A stretch of 64,000 bases of DNA, taken from NCBI GenBank assembly GCA_016186955.1, contig JACPKP010000009.1, positions 24,463 to 88,462 of the forward strand, written 5' to 3'. The notes beneath the pieces were generated by a model that ran no database searches, was not told the origin of the DNA, and was given only the letters and a program-made list of their open reading frames with translations. The translations under genes were made by a program, and so were the position numbers. This document shows positions 9,793 through 18,957 of this stretch, piece after piece; the first letter of the stretch is position 1; each line of letters begins with the position of its first letter. The stretch comes from Candidatus Daviesbacteria bacterium. Lineage in GTDB: Bacteria > Patescibacteriota > Microgenomatia > Daviesbacterales > UBA10151.

Positions 9793-10671
9793 ATGAAACT
9801 TTTTAAAAGTAAAAAACCTCAATATGAATATTTGCGTAAAAAATGGTTGCAGCGCCATAAAGAGATTACACAAAGAGTATTGGATAAACACTTCCGTAAG
9901 GCAGCGATAAGTTCCCTGGGAGGTTTAATACTTTTGACAACACCAGGCCTTTCCCTGCCTGCTGCCAATTTTATAGCCGACCAGGTCAATGTTACTGCCC
10001 AAGAGGATAGGAACGCTTTGATTAAAGCTGAGCTTTTAGATAAATTGCCGCATGAGATGAGAAACCTGTCAAAAGAAGAAGAGACTAAAATTACGGATGT
10101 TTTATCTAAAGATTTTGGCATTAAAGTTACAGGGGAGTTGGAAGGCAAAAGATTAAACAGGACATATGGTTTGATCGGTGGAGAACAACACCTATACAGA
10201 TATCCAGGGGATAATTTATTTGCGCATGCCAAAACTGTCCAGGATTTTGCGATGTATGGTGATGCGGGTATAGCGCCCGGATTGGGCGCTTGGGGTTACT
10301 TTGCCCCCTCAAAAGCAGAATTTACCCAAAAAGACGAAGAAAGGGAAAGATATTATATAGCGGTACAAACTTTTTTATCTTCTGGTTTTGCGGAAAGATT
10401 TAAAGAGTACCGGGATTTTTTTAAATTCCGTAAAATGTTATTAGCCAATCCAAAAACCGGGCAATCAGTGGTGGCGGTTATTGGTGATGCAGGTCCGGCT
10501 CAGTGGACAGGCAAGCATCTTGGCGGCAGCCCTGAAGTGATGCAGGGATTAGGTTTGGCATCAGGGCCGCGAAAAGGGCCGGTACTTTATTTTTTTATTG
10601 ATGACCCTGAAGATCAAGTTCCTTTAGGCCCAATAAAAATAGCTGAAAATGCTAAACTGGCAGTAAAGTAA
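9793..10671 (+). CDS. Hypothetical protein with an N-terminal signal/TM segment
   Basis: 292-aa ORF with a hydrophobic N-terminal segment. No motif. Confidence 0.5.
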   Translation: MKLFKSKKPQYEYLRKKWLQRHKEITQRVLDKHFRKAAISSLGGLILLTTPGLSLPAANFIADQVNVTAQEDRNALIKAELLDKLPHEMRNLSKEEETKITDVLSKDFGIKVTGELEGKRLNRTYGLIGGEQHLYRYPGDNLFAHAKTVQDFAMYGDAGIAPGLGAWGYFAPSKAEFTQKDEERERYYIAVQTFLSSGFAERFKEYRDFFKFRKMLLANPKTGQSVVAVIGDAGPAQWTGKHLGGSPEVMQGLGLASGPRKGPVLYFFIDDPEDQVPLGPIKIAENAKLAVK

Positions 10672-10680
10672 TTTAAATTT

Positions 10681-11019
10681 ATGAAATATTTTTATAGCCA
10701 TGTACTTGAGATAGAATCATTAATTTACGAACTTGATAAGATGGATTTGTCTAAAGATGAAAAATACCATCTGGCACAACTTATTGATGCGAACATACAC
10801 AACCATGTTTTAGATATAGTGCTATCAGAGTTGTCAGAAGAAGACAAAATAATTTTTTTAAAACATTTAAACGCCGACCAACATGACAAAGCCTGGCAGC
10901 ATATCCAGGAAAAGATAGAAAAGATAGAAGAAAAAATTATAAACGCAGTAGAAGATCTAAAAAAAACCTTGCATAAAGATATAAAAATGAGCCAAAAATT
11001 AAAAAGACTGCAATCTTAA
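10681..11019 (+). CDS. Hypothetical acidic helical protein
   Basis: 112-aa ORF directly abutting the secF start. Confidence 0.45.
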   Translation: MKYFYSHVLEIESLIYELDKMDLSKDEKYHLAQLIDANIHNHVLDIVLSELSEEDKIIFLKHLNADQHDKAWQHIQEKIEKIEEKIINAVEDLKKTLHKDIKMSQKLKRLQS

Positions 11020-11892
11020 ATGATACATTTAATGAAGTACAAATTATGGTTTTTTATTCTTTCTACTCTGGTTATACTTCCAGGGATTTTTTATCTTTAT
11101 ACATCAGGTTTGAAACTGGGGATAGATTTTACAGGTGGCGCGCTTTTAGAATATCAATTTATTTCACCAAAGGAATCACTCACTAAAGAAGCTCTCTCCG
11201 GTTACGGGGTTGTAACGCCGGAAGAAAAAAATACCTTCATCATCAGGACTAAACCGTTGGAGCAGGATGAGTTGAATAAACTTAGGGTAAAGTTTACTGA
11301 TCAGTTTGGTAAATTTGAGGTCAGGAGGGAAGAAAATGTAGGGCCGGTGATTGGTGAGGAATTAAAACAAAAAGCAATTTTAGCAATTTTACTGGCCTGT
11401 ACTGCCATAGTCCTCTATATTACTTATGCATTCAGGAAGCTCCCCAAACCGGCAAGTGCTTTCCGCTTTGGTATTGCAGCAATTGTTGCACTCATCCATG
11501 ATGTGCTTGTGGTACTGGGAATGTTTGCGATCTTTGGAAAATTTTTTAATGTTGAAATAGATACTCTTTTTGTCACAGCCCTTTTAACTATCATTGGTTT
11601 TTCTGTCCATGACACAATTGTTGTATTTGACAGGATTAGGGAAAACATGCCCAAATTCATAGGAAAAAAGTTTACTGAAGTTGCGGATGTATCGATAACA
11701 CAAACTTTAGCCAGGTCACTCAATACCTCACTGACAGTTGTTTTTGTGCTATTGGCATTGCTGCTATTTGGAGGTGAAACAATCAAATGGTTTGTAGTTG
11801 CACTTTTGGCAGGTGTTATTTCCGGCACATATTCTTCAATTTTTAATGCCACAGCGCTGCTGGCTTTTTGGGAGGAGAGATTGGGCCATTAA
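11020..11892 (+). CDS. secF: Protein translocase subunit SecF
   Basis: LGIDFTGG motif and six TM segments. Confidence 0.9.
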   Translation: MIHLMKYKLWFFILSTLVILPGIFYLYTSGLKLGIDFTGGALLEYQFISPKESLTKEALSGYGVVTPEEKNTFIIRTKPLEQDELNKLRVKFTDQFGKFEVRREENVGPVIGEELKQKAILAILLACTAIVLYITYAFRKLPKPASAFRFGIAAIVALIHDVLVVLGMFAIFGKFFNVEIDTLFVTALLTIIGFSVHDTIVVFDRIRENMPKFIGKKFTEVADVSITQTLARSLNTSLTVVFVLLALLLFGGETIKWFVVALLAGVISGTYSSIFNATALLAFWEERLGH

Positions 11893-11901
11893 GGAATAAA
11901 T

Positions 11902-13542
11902 ATGACCTTTTTTTTAGAACCGCTGGTTTTTTTTCTGACATCGGTTGTAAGTGTGGTATTAATTTACTATAAAATTCCGATAGCAACGCTGCAGCAAATA
12001 ATTCTTGGGATACTGATTGTCTTGCTCCTTTCTTTCCGCTGGCTGCTTGCTGAAAGGACTAAACGGTTGATAAAAGTTTTTGCCCGTTTGGTTTTACTTA
12101 GTCTCTCCTCCCTATTTGTCCAAATTTTAGTAATTTCTTCCGGCGGTTTTTACAGTCCTTTGTTGATATTATTGCATTTATATACTTTGGGAGCCAGTTT
12201 TTTATTAAATATCCCCTCATCTATTAGTTTTCTGGTGTTCTCGGTGGCGGTTTTGATAACTAATATTGTTTTAGACCCAAAACTGCAGAGTATTTTCAGG
12301 GACGATCCCGGCTCGGCAATTTTATATATAGTTTCATTTTTGGTAATTATTCCGTTGGCACAGACTCTTATGAAAACCTATCACCTGAAGGATGCATTGG
12401 CAAAAATTCTTTATGAGAGCTTAAACCTGAGGGTATTAAGGGAAAAATCAATATTGACCAGTTTAAATGAGATAGTAGTCATTACAGACCATAATTTGAA
12501 AATTATTTCTGCCAACGATGCTTTTGAAGACGCAACCGGTTTATCCGGCGGTGAGTTTATAAACCAGAATTTTTTGGATAAAATTTCACTTGTTGATCGA
12601 GATAATGTGCCGGCAAACTCAACTTCACTTTCAATAAAGGATGTATTGGTTGACCAAACAAACCATATTGTCAGCGGTTTTTATCTTTCTACAAAAGGAA
12701 ACCCTAAATCCAGACAGGTTGTTGTGGAGGTCAAACCTATTGTTGGGGTTAGTAGAACAATCATACAGCTTGTATTTGTGATCAAGGAACCAAGGGCGGC
12801 TATAGAGATTGAACCTCACACTGACCTTGAGGCAGCGCACACTAAACAAAATATGATAATAACCAATATCAAAAGATTGTTGGTAAACTTTAAGGAACCG
12901 GGTTTAAAAACAGAACTGGAACTTTTGCAACAAGGGGAGAGTGACCTTTTAATAGCACAAGAGCTTGAAGATCACCCCATCAAAAATGCCAACCAATATG
13001 AGGATATTGTGCTGCTTTGCAAAAAAGCAATTTCATACAAACAGGATCTGGCCAGAAGTTTGGGGGTTAACCTGCAACTGATATTTCCAAACGCACCGGG
13101 TGAATCCTCGTATTTAAACCTCCGTGAAACTAATTCCAGTTTAATATCTCAGGTTGTTTCAGATTATGCTGCGCAGGTAAATGTCAAGTGGTTTGGTATT
13201 CTGCTAAGTAAATTATTGGATATAGCTGTTTTGCTATCATCAGGGCAAAAAAACCCTACAGTTGTTGTATCTATTAATATAATACTTAAAAGTGAGATAG
13301 AAGTTGAGCTTGTTTTCCCTTCACCTGTTATGACACCTGAAAAACAGAAAGAGCTGTTTTTACAATATTATGGAGATCTTGCTGCCACAACTAACTTAAG
13401 GTTAGGCAGCGGGTTGGAAGGGTTTATTGCCAAAGTTGTTGCTGACCAGCTTAATATTAACCTTGATGTAAAAACAAAGGAGGGTCCGGACAGATTGGTC
13501 TTCAGGTTTAAATTATATAAAAAGCCCGCAGGTAAGATTTGA
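11902..13542 (+). CDS. Membrane sensor protein with a PAS domain (histidine-kinase-like, degenerate)
   Basis: Multi-TM N-terminus. A PAS-like segment follows (LNEIVVITDHNLKIISANDAFEDATGLSGGEFINQNF). No clear H-box or G-box was seen. Confidence 0.5.
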   Translation: MTFFLEPLVFFLTSVVSVVLIYYKIPIATLQQIILGILIVLLLSFRWLLAERTKRLIKVFARLVLLSLSSLFVQILVISSGGFYSPLLILLHLYTLGASFLLNIPSSISFLVFSVAVLITNIVLDPKLQSIFRDDPGSAILYIVSFLVIIPLAQTLMKTYHLKDALAKILYESLNLRVLREKSILTSLNEIVVITDHNLKIISANDAFEDATGLSGGEFINQNFLDKISLVDRDNVPANSTSLSIKDVLVDQTNHIVSGFYLSTKGNPKSRQVVVEVKPIVGVSRTIIQLVFVIKEPRAAIEIEPHTDLEAAHTKQNMIITNIKRLLVNFKEPGLKTELELLQQGESDLLIAQELEDHPIKNANQYEDIVLLCKKAISYKQDLARSLGVNLQLIFPNAPGESSYLNLRETNSSLISQVVSDYAAQVNVKWFGILLSKLLDIAVLLSSGQKNPTVVVSINIILKSEIEVELVFPSPVMTPEKQKELFLQYYGDLAATTNLRLGSGLEGFIAKVVADQLNINLDVKTKEGPDRLVFRFKLYKKPAGKI

Positions 13543-13550
13543 GTTTAAGG

Positions 13551-14936
13551 TTATAGATCCCCGTAAAATGTGAAATCTGCAGGTGTAGGATAGAGCAAAT
13601 GATCCATAGCCTCATCCCGTTTGACTTTAAGATAACTTTTAATTAAATCTTTTGAAAATACGCCGCTTTTTACCAAGGCAGTGTCATTTTCCAAATTATT
13701 CCAAATGTCAAAAAGGTTGTTAGCGGCCTGGGGAATATTTTTATTATCCCAAATATTTTCATCAAACGGACCGAAATTAAAATCTTTCGGTTTTAAATCT
13801 TCCCTGATCCCTTCAAGACCGTATATAAGCATTGCAGAAAAAGAAAGATAGGGGTTGCATGTTGGGTCAGGGGTCCTAAACTCTATTCTTTTTGATTTTT
13901 CTTCACCTGTATAATACATGGGTATTCTTATTGCAGCAGAACGGTTTCTTTTGGCGATTGCTTTGGAGGTAGGCGCCTCATATCCCGGAACAAGCCTCCG
14001 GTAAGAATTTAAGGTAGGGTTTGTAAACCCCAGGAGGGAATCAACATTTTTGAGGAGGCCTATTGCATATGACATGCCGGTATTTGATAATTCACCATAA
14101 CCTTTAGGGTCGTAAAATATATTTTTTCCGTCTTTAAAAATACTCTGGTGGGTGTGCATGCCTGAACCATTGTCGCCTTTGATTGGTTTAGGCAAGAAAC
14201 AGGCAACCAGGCCGTATTTTTTTGCCAGGTTTCTTGCTACATACTTGTACTTCATCACCTGGTCTGCTGTGTTTACCAAACTGCCATAATGCATGTCTAT
14301 CTCAACCTGGCCGGCAGTTGCAACTTCATGGTGGTGCACTTCTATTGTGATACCGATACTTTCTAAAATCCTGACCATTTCAGACCGGAACTCCTGAAGT
14401 TTGTCAAAGGGAGGAGTTGGGACATAACCTGATTTATTCTGGATAGGATATCCATCTTGTTCATCAGGGTTTTGATCCGGTAATTCACGGCTTTTGATTT
14501 CAAAATATGAGTGGTATGGGTTTGAACTGTAACTTAATTTATCAAAAAGAAAAAATTCTATTTCAGGGCCCCAGTATGATATGTCGCCAAAACCGCTTTT
14601 TTTAAGGTACTTCTCTGCTTTTTTTGCAGCGCTGCGGGGGTCTTTTCCGAAAGCCTGTTTTGTTTCAGGGTCGTAGATGTCGCAAATTACCGACAAAGTC
14701 CTTTCAAAAAAGGGGTCATTAAAATGGGTGGTAATATCAGGCACAAGGAGCATATCGCTTTGGTCAATGGATGAAAATCCCCTGATTGAGGATCCGTCAA
14801 ACCCAAATCCTTTACTGATATTATCAGGTGTATATTCATGGTAAGGGACACTTTTGTGTTGCCAAGTTCCGCGCAGGTCAATAAATATCAAATCAACAAA
14901 ATCAATATTTTCTAAATTTTTTTTGTCTTTTTCCAT
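13551..14936 (-). CDS. glnA: Glutamine synthetase type I
   Basis: DLRG near the N-terminus and GSGMHTHQS in the ATP-binding region. Length 461 aa. Confidence 0.9.
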   Translation of the reverse strand: MEKDKKNLENIDFVDLIFIDLRGTWQHKSVPYHEYTPDNISKGFGFDGSSIRGFSSIDQSDMLLVPDITTHFNDPFFERTLSVICDIYDPETKQAFGKDPRSAAKKAEKYLKKSGFGDISYWGPEIEFFLFDKLSYSSNPYHSYFEIKSRELPDQNPDEQDGYPIQNKSGYVPTPPFDKLQEFRSEMVRILESIGITIEVHHHEVATAGQVEIDMHYGSLVNTADQVMKYKYVARNLAKKYGLVACFLPKPIKGDNGSGMHTHQSIFKDGKNIFYDPKGYGELSNTGMSYAIGLLKNVDSLLGFTNPTLNSYRRLVPGYEAPTSKAIAKRNRSAAIRIPMYYTGEEKSKRIEFRTPDPTCNPYLSFSAMLIYGLEGIREDLKPKDFNFGPFDENIWDNKNIPQAANNLFDIWNNLENDTALVKSGVFSKDLIKSYLKVKRDEAMDHLLYPTPADFTFYGDL

Positions 14937-15024
14937 GTCTGGTTAAAATTTGAAGACTACAATGTCCTGGAGAATCCTCTGCGGTGAAGAACTGTTTTTA
15001 TATTGGCACAAATTTTTTTTTCCG

Positions 15025-15798
15025 TCAAGTACCAAAAACTATAATTATAGATTCTGCGATATCCCTCATAGATTTTCGCCTGTTCATAGATTCTTTGCGG
15101 ATGAATTGATATGACTGCGCTTCATTTAATTTTTTATACTTCATCAACAGCCCTTTGGCTTTTTCTATCAATTTTCTTTCTTCTAAAGTATTCTCAAGGT
15201 GTAGCACCCGTCTTTTTAAAGTAATCTTTACAAAGGCAGACGCAATCAGTTGAACCAGTGAATTTATAGTCCTTACCTCCGTAACGGAAAAATTGTAAGG
15301 CATGCGGTTTTGCAGATTAATTACACCGACAACACCTCCGGAATCCAGTATCGGGATAGACATGAAGCTTTCATAGGTGTCTTCCGGCAGTTCCTTAAAA
15401 AATTTAAAACGGGGATCTTTATAGGCGCCCCTTTTTATAACGACCACTTCTTTGTGCGCTACAACCCAACCGGTGATTCCCTCCCCCTGGTGTAATATAA
15501 TTTTCCCCAACTGTTTTTTGTGGGGTTTTTTTGACCCAATTAAAATTACCTGTTTTTCGTCCCTGTCATGGAAATATATTAAGATAGAATCAGCAGGGAT
15601 AATTTCAGTAATGATTTTAATTAAGTTTTTTAGGAAAATATCAAAATCAAAGTGATTGAATACAACCAAATCGGATAGTAAGTTAATCGCTTTTGACAAG
15701 GAATTGCCTGGTTGGTTTTTAATTTGGGGCATAAACTTTGATCCGTCCGAGTAAATATTCACGTCTGTTTTTAGAAGAATCTTTAAGGACTTCTTCAA
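15025..15798 (-). CDS. GAF-ANTAR RNA-binding antitermination regulator
   Basis: Central GAF-like region. The C-terminal ANTAR signature is ERKLIEKAKGLLM...SYQFIRKESMNRRKSMRDIAESII. It lies directly upstream of glnA on the same strand. The start is probably the internal Met at MPQIKNQ. Confidence 0.7.
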   Translation of the reverse strand: MKKSLKILLKTDVNIYSDGSKFMPQIKNQPGNSLSKAINLLSDLVVFNHFDFDIFLKNLIKIITEIIPADSILIYFHDRDEKQVILIGSKKPHKKQLGKIILHQGEGITGWVVAHKEVVVIKRGAYKDPRFKFFKELPEDTYESFMSIPILDSGGVVGVINLQNRMPYNFSVTEVRTINSLVQLIASAFVKITLKRRVLHLENTLEERKLIEKAKGLLMKYKKLNEAQSYQFIRKESMNRRKSMRDIAESIIIVFGT

Positions 15799-17173
15799 AA
15801 AGTTTATTTAAAATTTCTCCAACCTTGGGTCCGGGTTTAATATTTAAAACTTTCATCACATCATGCCCGTTGATTTTTAAGTCACTGATGGTAAAAGGTT
15901 TTTTCAAAACTGCGGCAATTTTCTGTTGGAATTTTTCCATTCTCCACGAGACCTCTTTTTGGGTTCCTCCGCCCAGCCTGTCGCCGATCCTTAGGGCCAT
16001 CATATCATCCAGATTTTCTATGCCGGCATTTTTAATAAACCTTCTGATGGCGCTGTCTGTTTGGTTTTCTGAAACAGAAAACATATGCCAACGCACCAAA
16101 CGGTAAAGTTTATCAGCCTGTTTGTTGGATAAGTTAAACCTTCTGGCGATTGTAGTTACTTTCCTCCCTCCGTAAACATCATGATTGTAAAAAGTGACAT
16201 TACCGGTTTTGTCAATTGTTACTGTGTCCGGTTTGCCCACATCATGGAGCAAAGATGCTAGCCTGGTTAGCGGGTCCTTTGCCGGGCAGTATTTTAGTGT
16301 CAGCAGTGAATGTTCCCCTATATCATAGACTCTGCTATGTTTTGGTCCTTCCTGCTTCAAGCCAAAACATTTTTCCAGTTCCGGAAGAATAATTTGTAAT
16401 ATTCCCGCTTCCCTGAGTTTTAAAATTCCATCATATGAATTTTCAGCTGCCAATATTTTGAAAAGTTCATCCCTGATCCTTTCCCAGGCGATATTTTTAA
16501 TTAAAGAAGCGTTTTGTTTTATTGCCTCAAATGTTTTTTCTTCAATATTAAAACCGAGCTGGGTTGAAAATCTAATAGCACGCATGAGCCGCAGTGCATC
16601 TTCTTCAAACCTCAGATTAGGATTTCCGACAGCTTTTATAAGTTTATTTTTTATGTCCTGTTGACCGCTAAAAGGATCAACTAACGTCATTCTGGCCCGC
16701 TTCGCCGAAGCTCCCGCGAGGTGAGCTTGTCCAGAATCTCTCGTTTGGTTTGGTTCTGGAGTCGCTTCGCTCCCCAGAATGACGGATAAGGCTATAGCAT
16801 TTATAGTAAAGTCGCGGCGCGATAAATCATCTGCGATTTTATCAGTCCAACTAACATTAGTTGGATGCCGATAATCTCGATAATCTCCTTCTTTACGCAT
16901 TGTAGTTATCTCAACGAGTGATTGATCTCGGCCTTTATCGTAATGAATATTTTTTTCTGGGATGATTACAGTTCCAAAGCTGTTTCCGTAAACTCCTTCC
17001 GGAAAAATCTTTAAGATCTCCTCCGGTTTGGCATCAGTTGTAAAATCCCAATCTTTTACCCCCTTTTCCATTAAAAGGTCACGGACTGCCCCGCCGACAA
17101 TATAAATTTGATAATTGGCTTTTTGAAATTTATCTAAAATATTGAATACCTCTTTAGGGAATTTAAAATCCAT
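15719..17173 (-). CDS. cca: CCA-adding tRNA nucleotidyltransferase with HD domain, carrying a ~33-aa in-frame insertion
   Basis: YIVGGAVRDLL...DWDF head motif, RDFTINAIA, and a C-terminal HD region. The inserted peptide VILGSEATPEPNQTRDSGQAHLAGASAKRARMT is encoded by a palindromic repeat element. Confidence 0.85.
   Translation of the reverse strand: MDFKFPKEVFNILDKFQKANYQIYIVGGAVRDLLMEKGVKDWDFTTDAKPEEILKIFPEGVYGNSFGTVIIPEKNIHYDKGRDQSLVEITTMRKEGDYRDYRHPTNVSWTDKIADDLSRRDFTINAIALSVILGSEATPEPNQTRDSGQAHLAGASAKRARMTLVDPFSGQQDIKNKLIKAVGNPNLRFEEDALRLMRAIRFSTQLGFNIEEKTFEAIKQNASLIKNIAWERIRDELFKILAAENSYDGILKLREAGILQIILPELEKCFGLKQEGPKHSRVYDIGEHSLLTLKYCPAKDPLTRLASLLHDVGKPDTVTIDKTGNVTFYNHDVYGGRKVTTIARRFNLSNKQADKLYRLVRWHMFSVSENQTDSAIRRFIKNAGIENLDDMMALRIGDRLGGGTQKEVSWRMEKFQQKIAAVLKKPFTISDLKINGHDVMKVLNIKPGPKVGEILNKLFEEVLKDSSKNRREYLLGRIKVYAPN
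16686..16783. mobile_element. MITE-like palindromic element (about 98 bp) inserted in frame in cca
   Basis: Terminal inverted repeats GTCATTCTGG...CCAGAATGAC. Internal GCTTCGCCGAAGC/CGCTTCGC palindromes. It shares its GTCAT(T/C)C termini and CGAAG core with copies at 27896, 30895 and 56062. Confidence 0.6.
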
Positions 17174-17236
17174 ATTCTGATTTTACGCCCCATCATTGCT
17201 ATTGACAACAGTCATAAAAAGGCTCTATCGTATATA

Positions 17237-18946
17237 TTGATGGGCAAACGGCATTCTTATGAAAAAGGGATAGTGCATCTGCTACCACTGGTTCTGATTG
17301 CTGCGGTTGGTGTTATCTCTTTTTTGTTAATATCTTCAACAGCGCCGTTTAAAGGCAACCTATTTGACAAACTTTTCCCTAAGCACCGTCCCAAGGCGGC
17401 TATAGCAGATTGTTCTGCAACGGCAGTAGGGACTGCCTGTCTTTATTTATCGCCAAAGAGTAAGACAGTAGCCCCTTCTACTGCTTTTGCGGTTCAGATC
17501 AGGGTTAACTCAAATGGAGTCAATGCTAATGCTGCGGAAACAGTAATAACATATCCGACTAATATTTTTAAAGTTGACAACATAGATTATACAGGCAGCG
17601 ATTTTGACGTTAAGGCGCAGGAGACAAATACCCCCGGATTGATTGATTTAGTTAGGGGGTCTACTGTGCCACAACAGGGGGATAAGTTAATTGCTACTGT
17701 AAATTTCAGCTCGCTTACCACAGAAGCCTCCTCGGTTGTAGATTTTGATACTAACTCGTCTGTATACTCCGGGGCAACCAATATACTACAAAATACTCTC
17801 GGGGGGGTTTATGCCGTAAAAGTAAACTTTGCAGCCGGCCAGGCAAGTTTTCTATTGAGCGCCCCTTCAACAACATATTCTGTCGGGCAACCGGTTTCAG
17901 CCAGTCTAAGCGTTAGGGCCGATACCGATGAAGCTAATCTGTTTTCTGCTAAGATCCATTTTGATAATACGAAATTGCAGGTTGTAGGAATTGATACAAC
18001 AGGCACATTTGTACAAAATTGGGTTGATAATTTTTCTGATAATTCCACAGGTGAGATTTCTCTGGTGGGGGGAGTGCCAACCCCTGGTTACAAAACTGCC
18101 GGTGCAGACAGCCTGATGGCAAAAGTCAATTTTAATACCATTGGAGCCGGCGCTGCTGCGGTAGACTTTGAGGCAACTTCGGCGATATACCGTAATTCCG
18201 ACAACACAAATATGTTAAACACAACACAAAACTTGTTGATAACTATTAACCCGGGTGCGACCCCAACACCGACTCCAACTCCGACGCCTACACCTACGCC
18301 CACGCCAACTCCTCCCCCAACTGCAACACCTACTCCAACAGCTTCACCTACCCCAACCCCAACGCCCATAGCTTGTTCTATAAGCAGTGCAAGTTGGGAT
18401 TTTATAGATCCCAGTAATACAGCAGTTATCGAAAGTGCAGTAGTTGGGTTGAAAATAAATGGGACAGGCGATTGCAACGGGCAAAGCGTACAAACCAAAG
18501 TGAAACAGGCAGGTTTATTTGTCAATGAAGCGGTCAACACCCAACCGTCTGCCGCCACATTCAACGGGAACACTGCGGTAACTTCATGGTTGAGTGAATA
18601 CCATCCTGACGGTCCTTTTGGGATTGGATTATTTGATCCGCCTGATTACTATTTCACAGCTAAATTGGCTGGCGGTACTAATGAATTTTCATCAAGTGAC
18701 CCCAAACTGCAGGTTAGACAGGCTGGTGCACCTAATTTTAGAAAGGGTGATGCTAACCATGATGACGTAGTAGATTTCCAGGACCTTTCAGTACTGCACA
18801 CCCATTGGCTTGATAATAAAGCCACCAATCCGGAACAGTGGATTACAGAATTGGATGTAAACGATGATAATGACCTAAATACCATAGATTTCTCCGGTAT
18901 AATATTGGTGCTTTGCGGGAATGGTTTAGTGAAAGCCTGCAATTAG
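17237..18946 (+). CDS. Secreted/anchored protein with two cohesin-like domains, a Pro-Thr linker and a C-terminal dockerin-like domain
   Basis: N-terminal leader with TM helix. Cohesin-like repeats are similar to ORF 25478. The PTPTPTPT linker runs 18244-18355. The C-terminal Ca-binding repeats are GDANHDDVVDFQDLSVL and DVNDDNDLNTIDFSGIIL. Confidence 0.6.
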   Translation: MMGKRHSYEKGIVHLLPLVLIAAVGVISFLLISSTAPFKGNLFDKLFPKHRPKAAIADCSATAVGTACLYLSPKSKTVAPSTAFAVQIRVNSNGVNANAAETVITYPTNIFKVDNIDYTGSDFDVKAQETNTPGLIDLVRGSTVPQQGDKLIATVNFSSLTTEASSVVDFDTNSSVYSGATNILQNTLGGVYAVKVNFAAGQASFLLSAPSTTYSVGQPVSASLSVRADTDEANLFSAKIHFDNTKLQVVGIDTTGTFVQNWVDNFSDNSTGEISLVGGVPTPGYKTAGADSLMAKVNFNTIGAGAAAVDFEATSAIYRNSDNTNMLNTTQNLLITINPGATPTPTPTPTPTPTPTPTPPPTATPTPTASPTPTPTPIACSISSASWDFIDPSNTAVIESAVVGLKINGTGDCNGQSVQTKVKQAGLFVNEAVNTQPSAATFNGNTAVTSWLSEYHPDGPFGIGLFDPPDYYFTAKLAGGTNEFSSSDPKLQVRQAGAPNFRKGDANHDDVVDFQDLSVLHTHWLDNKATNPEQWITELDVNDDNDLNTIDFSGIILVLCGNGLVKACN

Positions 18947-18957
18947 ATAAATAGGTC

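Noticed and set aside
14937-15024. ANTAR dual-hairpin target in the glnA leader
   Set aside because: I looked for two short hairpins with hexaloops in the 88-nt leader. Only a trivial 3-bp GGA/TCC stem was found, so no RNA element is claimed.
15738-16106. 122-aa plus ORF inside cca
   Set aside because: Nested antisense to a well-supported conserved enzyme gene.
18088-18573. 161-aa minus ORF with a GVGVGVG repeat
   Set aside because: It is antisense to the Pro-Thr linker (PTPTPT) of gene 17237-18946.
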